Shown: positions 26,411 to 38,209 of the stretch, piece by piece
Layout of the letters: every line of letters starts with the position of its first letter
How positions within the stretch are numbered: the first letter of the stretch is position 1
Assembly (NCBI RefSeq): GCF_008831285.2
Contig: NC_045138.2
Location: forward strand, 13,640,001 to 13,704,000
DNA from: Nymphaea colorata
Taxonomy: Eukaryota
Direction of reading: 5' to 3'
DNA: 64,000 bases
Made by a program: the position numbers and the translations under genes
The notes under the pieces: model-generated
The model's database searches: none
Seen by the model: the letters and a program-made list of their open reading frames with translations, nothing else
Told to the model about the DNA's origin: nothing

Positions 26411-27446
26411 TGATGCCTCAAGCAATTCCGGATATGGAGCCGCCCGGATCTAGCCGGAATTCTTACTTGACGACGCTTTCATGCAGGAGATCGTTTGAAA
26501 GCCTAGCTAGGCGCAAAAATATTTAGTTCCATCCTGCCATACTTCATCCTGAGTCTTTTCCTGTGTACATTTTGCTACCATGCGTTTGTTTTCGACGTCA
26601 TTTAGATCTTCTATGTGCTGATGCTGCATTGCCGAACGTTAGTTTGTATATACTGATAAAAGAGACACAGATGATACTGTTTAGCTGGTCTGAGTTAGAT
26701 TTGAAGCCTGATAATTTCCATCGTATACCTTTCTGTTTCTCTATGAGCAACAAATACATTTTGCTTGCGTGTTTGTCATCAACCAGAACTATTTTATAAT
26801 TAAAGTAAGAAATGACAAGAAAATTAAGGTACACATGAATTGGGCCAGCTTCTTAATCATTAAAACTGAATTGACAGGGCTTGGTGAGACTAGTCGGTAA
26901 AATATATATATGTTGATTATAAATTTGCCGAAATGATCGAACATATTTAAAGAGCCAGTTACGTATAATATGTCTTGATTATGTGTAATCCATCAAGAGA
27001 AATTGAAACTCGAAAGAAGGTGCGTGGAGGCTTTTGCTGGTAGAGTTTCGCTGTGGATTAATTAGATGACAGGGAAAGCAGACGAGGTTGGCAGATGAAG
27101 GATCGGAGTTAGGAGCAACTGTGAGGGGGGAGGCGATCGAAGGAGGGGAAACTGGTCCATCCTTGTGGTTGACTTCACTAGGATCCATGTCAAAAGCATG
27201 ACGTAGAATGATAGGACAATGATACAACTGGGAAGAAATGCGCACTATAAAGTGAAAATAGAGGATTTCTCTCTTTCTTTAATAGCGCGTTCGCGATTCT
27301 CATCTTTCCTCCCTGTTGGGGGTTTTGTGTTTGGCCATTTTTTTAATAAAAAAAGGCAAAGGGACAGCGCATATTTTTCCTCGTGAGCAGTTGAGACCTC
27401 TTTGCTTGTGCCTTTTCAAGCAAACGATTGACAGAGGCCGATCTTT

Positions 27447-27479
<33 letters not shown>

Positions 27480-27699
27480 TATGAAAGATAAAAAGTAAAA
27501 TAAAGAAAATGTTATCGTTTTTTCTCTCAATTATCGGACATGAATGTGTGTGTGCGCGAGAGAGGGAGAAAGATATGAAAGGTAAAAAGCAAGAAAAATG
27601 GTAAACTAATGAAAATGTTATTGTTTTTTCCCTCCACTATTGGACATGATAAATTAAATTGCCCTGATGAGTAAGTTGAGTAATTTTACTGTTGTTTTC

Positions 27700-28240
27700 T
27701 TTGTACACTAGTCAAAAAGAGAAAATGAGTGTATATGTACATTATATCGAATGGTGTGCCGATGACTGAAGATTTTCAGTCCAAACTTAGATTGGAGAAA
27801 TCTGTAAATTTTATATATATATATATGTAGCTAACCTTGATGGAAAAATCTATAAATACTTTATATATTCATATAGCCATTAAGGTTTCTATTGCACATG
27901 GTTGTTAACATGAGAGGCACTTTCGGGGGCTGAGTTATATTATATATATATAAAGCAGTGGATTCTCAAATGCTGCCTCATTAACACAGTCCAAAAAAAA
28001 AAAAAAAATATTGGGCTGCGTGTATGAGAGAGATTCCTCTTGCAGCTGCAGGAATCCATGTTATTTATATAATAGAAAGAAAAAGTGCGACTGTGTGGGT
28101 GAGAGTTGCCGCCACATGTGGTTAAATCCGCCCGCCCTTCTTTTGTTGTTGCCAGAGGTGGAAATGACAAAAGTACTTGATGGGATGGATGGACCGGTTC
28201 AATGGCAGACCGTTAGTTGAAGCATGGGTTTGAGTTGTAA
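27700..28240 (+). repeat. Partial (3' end) copy of the multi-copy module
   Basis: tgtacactagtcaaaaagagaaaatgagtgta...aaagcagtggattctcaa...ggatggaccggttcaatggcagac matches 56150-56570 and 34975-35310. Confidence 0.85.
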
Positions 28241-28508
28241 TACGTAAGATTTTTTGTATGCAAAGTTTCTATGACTATCCATCTTTTCATGCAAACACAG
28301 TGCAGCAAAATGTTGCTCCCTTTATTGAGCGTAACAAGAATGAAACGAAAACCATTATCAATGTGATATGTCTATTATTTTAGTCTTTTTCCATAAAAGT
28401 GTCTCATAAATCAACTAGTTTTGAAATAATCAAATATTTGAGATGGTGGTCCATTAGCTCTGTTCTTATGCATGTCTACACATCTTTTTCTTTCATGTAT
28501 GGGTCTCT

Positions 28509-28650
28509 TAGATTTCTTATTCAGTATCATTTTCTTGTTCTTAGATTTAGAATTCCCACATTCATTATCTTATTCTAGTCCGTTAGATTTCTTACTCAAT
28601 CAATTTCTTGTTCTTAGGTTTAGAATTCTCACATCCATTATCTTATTCTA
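28509..28650. repeat. ~74-bp tandem duplication
   Basis: ttagatttctta..ttcttgttcttag.tttagaattc.cacat.cattatcttattcta occurs twice. Confidence 0.8.
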
Positions 28651-28919
28651 AATCAACTCTAAACCTCTGATTTGCCTCAGATTTGTGAGGGGAGTTGGAG
28701 GGTCATTTATAATGGGCTCAACCATGAACCCGCTTAAGGATGTCAACAGATCCTATTTAGATTGGATATATCTTTAATCATATCCGTTTTTTCGAATATT
28801 TACATACGAATTTGAATTCGCATAAAGAAAAGTCATATCCGAAAGGCTAAGCAGTGGTGGATGAGGAGAACAGAACACAGTGCAACCACAGAACGATGGA
28901 AAGAGAGAGCAGGAAGTAC

Positions 28920-29052
28920 CTGCATGTTTGGGGAGTGCCCTCCAACTCCCATGCCCGTGCTTCTGAATGTAATCGATCAACTTGCTATCCTCCTCGGGTG
29001 TCCATGGCCCCTTCCTCAGGCCACTCTCATCACAACAGGGTGACCAGCCCAT
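28920..29052 (-). pseudogene. Isolated MYB93-like exon 1 (133 bp), with its promoter to about 29381 and intron 1 truncated at about 28857
   Basis: [46 protein letters not shown] donor. No exon 2 follows. TATA-like cataaata at 29152-29159(-). Confidence 0.88.
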
Positions 29053-29388
29053 TCTGATCTCTCTCTCTCTCTCTCTGTCTAATTCTTCTTCTTCTCTACC
29101 ACATGCAAGAAGCCTCCTGTTGCATCTCCAAAACCAACAAAGAAGCCGCTGTATTTATGCCCTTCTCATGTCCATGCAACTGTGGCATAATTTCACCCCC
29201 ACATATTCTTTTAGCTAACCACGAAACTAACTGATGCCACATTTTTGTTTATTCTTTGTGACTACCTGAAAGGGGAGGGAAGGAAGAGGCAACTTTATCG
29301 GCAGTGCGATCGATCGTACCTCCTCCGTCCTTGTGATCTCGCGGTTGCGATATTGACACCTCATCTAGCTTACACGTGTACTTCTCCA

Positions 29389-32300
29389 ATGAATGCAGAA
29401 GGGAGGCCCATGGACGCTGCCGCATTGAAGGTACAGAAGGTCTACAGGAGTTACAGGACCAGACGTCAGCTTGCTGCTGTCGTTAGCGGAAACTCATCGA
29501 AGGTCTGGTTTTTTTGGTGCTTTTGTTGCGACTTTTTCGTCCTTTGGTGGCCCTTTTGGGTAGTAGCTGAAAATTAACCCAAATGATCAGTGCAGCAACT
29601 CACTGACCCTGCTCACTGGTTGCCTGAAAAAACTGTTTCATTGAAATCTTGATTTTAAAATTGGTTTACTAAACAGTGACTTTTAGTTATTGTTTTTATG
29701 CTCGCTCACGCACTGCGGCACTAGAGAAATTACCAGATTTTGATGCTAAATCAATTCCAAAGATTGGCACCACAGACGTCTCTCCCTCTTTTCTCTCCCT
29801 GTACCTCTCGGGAGTGGTATATTTGTGTCTCGGAGATTTCTTTTTTATTGTTTTGAGTTTTGACTTGTGTATATTCATTTTCAAGTTTCAACGCGGATCA
29901 ATATTAAAGTATGGGAGCACAGGGAAGAAGTAGTGGTTGTACCTTTTTACTTTGTTTCTTCTTCTCCTTTTCCTTTTGCTTTATGGGGTTCAACATATTT
30001 AAAGGAAGGTTTCTTACAGGTTGGAAAAGGTCTATCCAAAAATGCCAAAGCTCGGAAATTGGCATTCCCGCATTGGATTGAGGCTGTAAGTCTGTTCTGT
30101 TTTTTCCCCGTTTTCATATTTTAATGGTGCAGAGATATATATAAATTGCAATAAGAGAATTTAAATTGGTAAGCAATTTTTTATTTTACTCAGGTTGATC
30201 CTCGTCATCGTTACGGACATAATTTGCATTACTATTATAATGAGTGGTGTAAAAATGAATCGGGTGAACCTTTCTTCTACTGGTAAGCACCTGAAATTTC
30301 AATAATCTTGGCATTATGGATGACTTATGAAAAATATTTCTGATCAAGTGCATGTGCTCTGTTACATATACCTCCAGCTGCTATTTTGCAGCTACGTTGT
30401 TTTGTTTCAATTACAGCCTTATTGAGCATCTGAAAGAACTCTTCTTCATTGCTGCTTCATCTTGATATAATATCTTTTTGTGTGCATGCTCAGCATGTTT
30501 GCATGCATCTGCAGATGCAGCATATCTCCTTTAGCTTGGCTGCATGCCATGCTAAGTTACGAAGTGCACCATATTGTCATCACACTACATCAGTGATGAC
30601 CCTTAACTTTTTACTCCTGCAGTACATATTTGTTTTTTTTTCTTTATATATCGTTCAGTTTGTTTAGATTTCATTAAGGAAGCAATCAAATATGTCCCGC
30701 AAGTAGCAAATGGCACGTGTGATCAATATCTACGAATAGTTAAGATTATGTTCGTACTAATAGCTGTTAACATGTTAAAGATGCTTTGGAGAGTTCTCTC
30801 CTACGTAACTATTATAAATTTACAAGTAATTCAACTCAAAGATGTTATGTGCAAGTTGATGACTTTTTTGGATACTTTATTTATCGATTTTATTTGTTCT
30901 TGTGCAGGCTGGACGTAGGAGGAGGTAGGAATGTCGATATAAAAGAATGCAGAAGGTCATTACTTACGAAACAATGTGTCAGATACCTGGGTCCTGTAAG
31001 TCCGTGTTTCAAATTGTTTAATTGGCCAACAAAAGTGACAGGAATGAAGTACAGATCTAATTTGGGTTCAAGAATTCTAAAATTACTCCAGGAAGGATTG
31101 AAACATTAGTAAAATGTGGTTAAAATTTGATTAGTAAAAAACTGCGTGGTCTAGGATATGTTTAAAAAGGAAGGGAGAAATGAGGCTGCATGTTTTTCTG
31201 GTGTGAGGTGTTTTTTAAGTTCGAGTAGATATTCTTGAAGGGTGAGGCTTCATAACTGAATGGGATTCCTTACTCTAGAGATTAAATCATGAGTTCTTTG
31301 GCTTTAACCAACAACCAATCAACCTCATGATTCTGTAGGTCTGTCATCACTTTTTTTAATGTCAAATTAATAAATGCTTGCTGATATTATGGTCGCATTC
31401 TTCTGGAGTTTTAGAGAAGTTTACTACTATGGCTGTGAATTTCTGTCAATGGATGATGCTACTGTACTTATTACAAAGTTTCCTGCTACTGATATGTGGC
31501 ATGGAAACACGCAGTTTGCTATTTATTTTTTAGTTATTGTGTTTTTTTAAATTGGCTTACATGTACAATCTCTATCTGTTTTTTATTTCAGCAAGAGAGG
31601 GAGCTCTATGAATATTCACCGAGGAATGGAAAAATCATACATGTGAAAAGTGGAGAGCTTCTTGACACAACAATAGGTCAAGGTCACCCTCGTGCGAAAT
31701 GGATCTTTGTCATGTGCACCAATAAGAAGCTCTATGCAGGCGTTGTAAACTACTTTATTCATTTATCTTCAGATTTAGCTATGAAAATTTTCTGGTGTTC
31801 TCGTTCTTCTTGTCAACCATTTGACTCTAAAATATTGTAATTTGCCTTGTATTATTGAAGATGTTTTTCATGTATCTCCCGATAAGCGTAAGCCTCGTCT
31901 ATAGCTAAAAGGGATATCGGGAGCTGAAGGCAGTTGCCTATTAGTTTAATAGTCTGTGTCTCCTTTCACACGGATAAATTGTTTCCTTGGACATAGAAAG
32001 TCTGAAATTGACAATCTACTTAACCTTATAAATCTCATTTTTCTATTAAAAATTTGACTTTTCTATCCGCCTGTATCTAGAAAAAGAAGGGGGAATTTCA
32101 TCACTCCAGCTTTCTCGCTGGTGGGGTCACTCTAGCGGCAGGAAGGTTGGCTGCAGAAAATGGTGTGCTCAAGGTACTTACCTGGAAATCTCGAGAAACA
32201 CTTCAACTTCAGTCAATGGTTGTAACTTTGTAGGTTTTTTTTAAGAAAATTGAACTATTTGATGCCAACAACACTATTTTCTCTACGTTTCTTTACTTTC

Positions 32301-33004
32301 ACAATTTTATTGATGGGCATGCTCTGATTTTAGATATTCTGTAACAACTAACAAGTTTCGTGGGGTGGTAGATTTTCCACGTTAGTTTTTTAAAGTTTAT
32401 CATATAAACCTGCCAAATGCTTGAACATTAGCCTTCAGTATTTGCTTGATGCACTGCACAATGTTTAACTGAGTGATCTTGTAACCCGACGTTTTTCTTG
32501 ATCGTTGGAAAGAGAATCTGTCAATTGATAGCTGGGTTAAGTTTTTCAACCAATGCATATTTTTGCAATGGCGCACATTTATAAGTTATGTTCGGTTTCC
32601 TATTTCTTATTGTAACTAATCCTGAATATTTGACTTTTGTTTCAGAAAGTGTCGGCTAAAAGCGGGCACTATCGACCCACTGCTGAGAATCTTGATATCT
32701 TCTTGGCATTTCTTAGAGAGAACGGTGTGAACCTGGACGAAGTGAAGGTTTGTATTTCTCTTAAACATTTATACTTTTCTTTAAAATGTCTAGACATCTG
32801 CACACCTTACCTTCTCTTCATATTCAGGTGCGCTTTCCGAGCGATGACAAGTACAATGGGCACAATCCATTGTATGCGGAGAAGTTCAGCTGCGAAAACG
32901 CAACTGATCAAGAGGCTTATAGCAACGACACAGAAGACCAATCGTCTGATCGCAAACTTCATGATAAAAAGGTGGTTGAGCGAATCTCAAATTTGACTAT
33001 ATAA
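29389..33004 (+). CDS. Rearranged IQM3-like duplicate: candidate truncated 293-aa protein or young pseudogene; exons 29389-29502, 30020-30085, 30194-30282, 30908-30995, 31592-31744, 32081-32173, 32646-32747, 32828-33004
   Basis: Homologous to 48249-54210. An in-frame deletion fuses exon 1 (IQ motif [13 protein letters not shown]) to the end of exon 2. All seven GT..AG sites are intact. A frameshift in the last exon gives an early TAA at 33002-33004. Confidence 0.6.
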
Positions 33005-34584
33005 GTGTCCAAAGACAAACAGAGCAAGAAAATGTCAAAGGTAGCTACGAAAGGACTTTGTGAGGGGGCCTTCGCAGTCCCAAACCAGAGGTTCCTCCAA
33101 AGGAGATATTGCAGTGAATCCATTCCAAGAGCAAGGCACAATCATATCAACTTGGGCACCAGCTATCTCTCAAATGGTGCAGTGGTGTCGGTCCAAGATT
33201 TGGATGTGTAGCGGATTATCCGAGGGAGTTGAGGTTCTAGGCTCTGGAATTTGTGAACCATTCCCCTCGTGTCTCAAGCCCATCTGCTTCATGATCTTTC
33301 CCTACTTCTCCACTTTCTACACAGTGCTCAACACCCATTGGGATTTTCAGTTTCCAGTCTATGAAAGTGGTGCCGCATAAATTTGCAGGACTAAAATCTC
33401 TGCATGGTTGGCGATCCGTTGCAATAATGTTCCAACCATCCGTTGGCTCCTCTATTTTGCTCTAAGTTGGATAGCTAATAAAGTTGGTAGTACGTTCCTT
33501 TGTGCAGAATGGGTGTACGACCTCCCTTGCCCTTTATGTAACGTCTTGATGTTTCCATATTCTCTGATTGAATGAAAGCTTTAAGCAGCGCTCTCTTTCC
33601 TCATCAACAAATTTTGCATCGGTAGCAATTTTCAATATCATGAGATGTAAAGACCCCACCTAAAATTGGTATGCGAGATTCCAAACCGTCCAACTACTTT
33701 AGCAGTATAGCAAACAGATATATAAACTTGTCAAGATCTCGTAAACAATTCAACAGAAAACTATTTCCATGTCCTTTACGTGCATGTGGCTCTTCCGCAT
33801 GACGCGGTTTATAACGTTTTTTTTTTCTTAATTTGCAAACGGAGTCGAGGTGATCTTTACTACCTTGCATGCTGAAATATGGTAATTCAACCTCATCCAA
33901 CTTCACAGTCAAGGGATTAAGCTCCTAAGCTCCCATCCGGACTGGCTGAGCTGTATAATTGCAACTCTAATTGACAAGACAATATACGAAATGAACCATA
34001 AGAGTTCTAAGCAAAGTAATTTTGAAAAATGATTCATTTATTCAATTTCGTTTTTGTACAAAATATGGATTTGTTGACCAAGGGCCAGGCAGCTTTCAAA
34101 ACATGCCTTATAAATTCTTCACCTTCTTTCCTGATCCCGAACTGTGATGTTGACCTCCGAGCTCCTTCGAGTTCCAACCGATGCCTCATTCAACTCGGAT
34201 TTCAATATAGGATTAGCAGTTAGAGAGGTATGAACTGTAGTTTCAAACAAGTTAGATTTGTATGAGATTTTTGTCCCCAGATACTGGGGATCTGTTATTA
34301 CTCAACGTCGACTGTCCCCGTTTACATCCCCGACAAGGATGCATATCTTTAGCTGGGTATGGCAGACTGTGAATAACTGAACCGGTATATGGTTTGTTCC
34401 TGATTCATTTTTCATCGGACTCCAGCGTAGCATCTATCTACGTTACTAGAACCCTTCATCTCATCATCTTGCATTAAATGCAGAATACTTAGCAGCTTTT
34501 CCTGTTCTCGACCAGAATTCTTTTCGAAATTGCATGGTGCTGGAAGGCTTGGATGGAATATGTGGAGGTTCCGCATGATCTATA

Positions 34585-35142
34585 TTTTAATTTTATCACA
34601 CATAATAGGCAGACAACTTTAATTTATAGTGTAGTTTACTTGAGCAAAATAGAGAAAAAAAAGTACCTCTAATTGATTTTAGCTTATAGTCTATATGGTC
34701 TATTGAAGGGGCCAAGCTGAGGCATTGATGCTCCTTTGCTTACTTTTAATCTAAAATTCTGAGTGAAAGGATCCAAGTTTTTGGGAAGAAATTAGAAATC
34801 TCTGCTCTCTCTTTTCATTTTTTGTTTTTAAAGTCAAGATAAATTTTATTTTGCGTCTTTTTGGAAGTTGGGGGTAGGCCGCTATGACAGTGGCTGGTTG
34901 GAGAATTAGCATATGCACTGTTATTATTTCAATTTTCTCAAGCAAGGTTTATTAATTTGTTTGATACTTGCCTTTTTTGTACACTAGTCAAAAAGAAAAA
35001 ATGAGTGTACAACAGTACATGTACATTGTATCGAGTGGTGTGCTTATGACGGAAGGTTTTTAATCCAAACTTAGATTGGAGAAATATGTAAATTCTATAT
35101 GTAAAAAGATTTTCAACCTAAACTTGATTGGAGAAATCAGTA

Positions 35143-35218
<76 letters not shown>

Positions 35219-35310
35219 CTGGATTCTAGGGCCATCCAGGGCTGAGGCGGAACCGACAGAATTCCTTGGAATGGATGGACTGGTTCAATGGCAAACACTA
35301 GCGGTTAGCC
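34585..35310 (+). repeat. Partial copy of the multi-copy module with a long (TA)n at 35146-35212
   Basis: Colinear with 55760-56570 and 19420-19985. Confidence 0.85.
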
Positions 35311-35849
35311 AGTTGATGGATGGGTCTGAGTTAGCTAGTTTCCTGCTCGTCTAACTTGAGTAGTGTAACTATTCTCCTCATAGAAAGGGTGTCAATACCA
35401 CATTTGTGAATAAGCACAGGAGGTAGGTGTAGTTGAAAAAGAGGACACTGTAGCGTACTTATGGGTGACGAAACAGGGACCATTAAAACGGAAGAGGAAC
35501 TGCCATTTACTCGAAATGAAAAGAAGGCCAGCAAAAAGAAAGTTTGTTCGCGTTTTTTTCATTTCGAGTAATGGCAAGAGGAGAAAGTTTGTAGCTTTTT
35601 AAACATCATTATATATTTCGATTTTTCATTTCCGCAATGACAATAAAGTTACTACAATTCGGACGGAAGAAGTTACAATAAATTTAGCACTAAAATAGTA
35701 AAAGGCGGCTACATTTCTCAACATTTCCTTGTTTGCATACCCCCGTATAAACGTAGAATTTCGAGATTTCTATTCTAGAAGGAAAGCGATGAAAAATCGA
35801 TGATCATTTATAAAAAAGACATTGTTGGTTGCATGTGGTAGAGAAGAAG

Positions 35850-35884
<35 letters not shown>

Positions 35885-35889
35885 TCAGA

Positions 35890-36330
35890 ATGGGCAGGTC
35901 ACCCTGTTGTGATGAGAGTGGCCTGAACAAGGGGCCATGGACACCTGAGGAGGATAGCAAGTTGATCGATTACATTCAGAAGCACGGGCATGGGAGTTGG
36001 AGGGCACCCCCCAAACATGCAGGAGCTTCCTGCTCTCTCTTTCCATCGTTCTGTGGTTGCACTGTGTTCTCTTCTCCTCATCCACCAGGAAGCCTCCTGC
36101 TTCGCCTTGCAGGAGGTTTCCATAAGAGAATTGTTCAAATTGAAGATAGGAAGAGACATCCAAGTCGTCCAAGTTTTCTTATGAGATTATTGAGTTCTTT
36201 TTCTTGTTTAATTTGACGGGGCTCAACAGATGTGGAAAGAGTTGCAGGTTGAGATGGACAAACTACTTGAGGCCTGATATCAAGAGTGGAAAGTTCTCCC
36301 AAGAGGAAGAACAAACTATAGTTCATCTCA
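35890..36330 (+). pseudogene. MYB93-like fragment: exon 1 (35890-36022) plus truncated exon 2
   Basis: [22 protein letters not shown]... and [34 protein letters not shown]. Donor mutated GT>GA and acceptor mutated AG>GG. Confidence 0.9.
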
Positions 36331-36365
36331 CCATGCCCTGTCAATTCAGTTTTAAACAGGATATC

Positions 36366-36799
36366 AGGATAGTTTGATCTTCCTCTTGGGAGAACTTTCC
36401 ACTCTTGATATCAGGCCTCAAGTAGTTTGTCCATCTCAACCTGCAACTCTTTCCACATCTGTTGAGCCCCGTCAAATTAAACAAGAAGAAGAACCGGATA
36501 ATCTCATAAGAAAACTTGGACGACATGGATGTCTCTTCTTATCTTCAATTTGATCAATTCTCTTATGGAAACCTCCTGCAAGGCGAAGCAGGAGGCTTCC
36601 TGGTGGATGGATGAGAAAAGAACACAGTGCGACCACAGAACGATGGAAAGAGAGAGCAGGAAGTACCTGCATGTTTGGGGAGTGCCCTCCAACTCCCATG
36701 CCCGTGCTTCTGAATGTAATCGATCAACTTGCTATCCTCATCGGGTGTCCATGGCCCCTTCCTCAGGCCACTTTCATCACAACAGGGTGACCGGCCCAT
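36366..36799 (-). pseudogene. MYB93-like fragment: exon 1 (36799-36667) plus truncated exon 2, with its upstream region retained to about 37175
   Basis: [22 protein letters not shown]..., intact GT donor, acceptor gacGG|ggctc, exon 2 ending at EEDQTIL. Confidence 0.9.
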
Positions 36800-36903
36800 T
36801 CTGATCTCTCTCTCTCTAATTCTTCTTCTTCTTCTCTACGACATTCTCTACGACATGCAAGAAGCCTCCTGCTGTATCTCCAAAACCAACAAGGAAGCCG
36901 CCA

Positions 36904-36911
36904 TATTTATG
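36904..36911 (-). promoter_or_regulatory. TATA-like box (CATAAATA) of the MYB promoter, pointing into the hairpin
   Basis: Lies about 105 bp upstream of ATG 36799 and is conserved in the 29152 copy; followed by a (GAA)/(GA)-rich leader. Confidence 0.5.
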
Positions 36912-37372
36912 CCCTTCTCATGTCCATGCAACTGTGGCATAATTTCACCCCCACATATTCTTTTAGCTAACCACTGAACTAACTGATGCCACATTTTTGT
37001 TTATTCTCTGTGACTACCTGAAAGGGGAGGGAAGGAAGAGGCAGATAATTTATCGGCAGTGCGATCGATCGTACCTCCTCCGTCCTCGCGATCTCGCCGT
37101 CGCGATATTGACGCGTCATCTGGCTTACACGTGTACGGCTGGGATGGGCACGGTCCACACTCTTTTCACGTCCTGCAGAACAAACTATCCTGATATCCTG
37201 TCTCACACTCAAGTCCAACTTCACTGCTCTTACGGTTGCTAATTTTTTTTTATTGATTGTTACTTAAATAAAATGTAAACCAAAAGCACTAATGGTTAAT
37301 ATGCAGAAGCAATTTAACGATTTTTTCCAGCATGTAGATCGATTTTAATAGTATACGTTCTTGCTTTTGTAG

Positions 37373-38010
37373 GTGGTCAGCCATTGCAACTCACCTACCA
37401 GGACGGACAGACAATGAGACCAAGAACTTCTGGAGAAGAAGAAGCTCATCCAGATGGGCTTTGATCCGATGACTCACCGCCCGAGGACGGATCTTTTCAA
37501 CAACCACTCCCAGCTGCTTGCCTTGCCCAATCTGACGGTTAATCATCCCATGCTGCCAGGCTGCAAGCACAGGCCGCTAACATGGCAAGACTTCAGTATC
37601 TCCTCCAATCTGCAGCAGATATGACTAGCAGTACCGTGAGCAATAATATCACAGAGATGGAAGGACACCTTCTTCATCGAAGCCTTTTCAGATTGATGAT
37701 CAGGAAGCCATGGGATGGACTGCCAACTACCAATTGGACAATGCTGCTTGCTCTCTTGCACTTGCTCCTTAGCAGAGCTTTCCAGAGACCAAATAGACCA
37801 CACCTCTGCTCAGAATATGCAACACCCACCAAACTTTGAATCTTTCAATAATAGCAACCAGGAATTAGGCTGCACACTCATCAATCCAAAAGACTGGGAT
37901 GTTCAAACTTCTTCTCCCCTCTTCCCCACGCCGGCCCAGCCGAGAACTCAGCCGGCAACAAGGGTGATGCCTAAGGACGGAGCCAGTATTTTTTTCAGGA
38001 GCAGTCAAAC
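37373..38010 (+). pseudogene. MYB93-like (R2R3 subgroup 24) exon 3 with frameshifts
   Basis: ttttgtag|[21 protein letters not shown], a 10-nt deletion, then [21 protein letters not shown] and later ARLQYLLQSAA. These motifs are typical of AtMYB93/92/53-type proteins. Confidence 0.88.
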
Positions 38011-38019
38011 GGTCTTTAT

Positions 38020-38076
<57 letters not shown>

Positions 38077-38209
38077 CATTTTAGATAATATTTGCAAACC
38101 ACAATATAGTAGAAGTGAACATGTGTCGTATATAATTGTCCACTTCATGAATGTGAAACGCGACTTGTCCTACGATACATTTAATAATTGCTTGTGTCAT
38201 TACCACAAA

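Larger units (their letters stand above)
35829..36860. ncRNA. Inverted-duplication fold-back of MYB93-like 5'UTR-exon1-intron1-exon2; candidate hairpin-RNA / proto-MIRNA locus
   Basis: Arms 35829-36319 and 36369-36860 with a 49-nt loop. About 21 mismatches over ~430 bp by eye; 36201-36310 pairs perfectly with 36378-36487. The fold-back is clear from the sequence; transcription is inferred. Confidence 0.55.

Noticed and set aside
24723..26421. ORFs rich in L/S/P or R/E/G in the GA-rich elements (also 38188-38630)
   Set aside because: Low-complexity translations of CT/GA repeats, and the frames are not preserved between copies.
37399..37419. miR858-like target site (caggacggacagacaatgaga) in the exon 3 relic
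   Set aside because: It is just the conserved GRTDNE coding sequence of R2R3-MYBs, with several mismatches or wobbles, and it lies outside the hairpin. There is no evidence of a target-mimic role.
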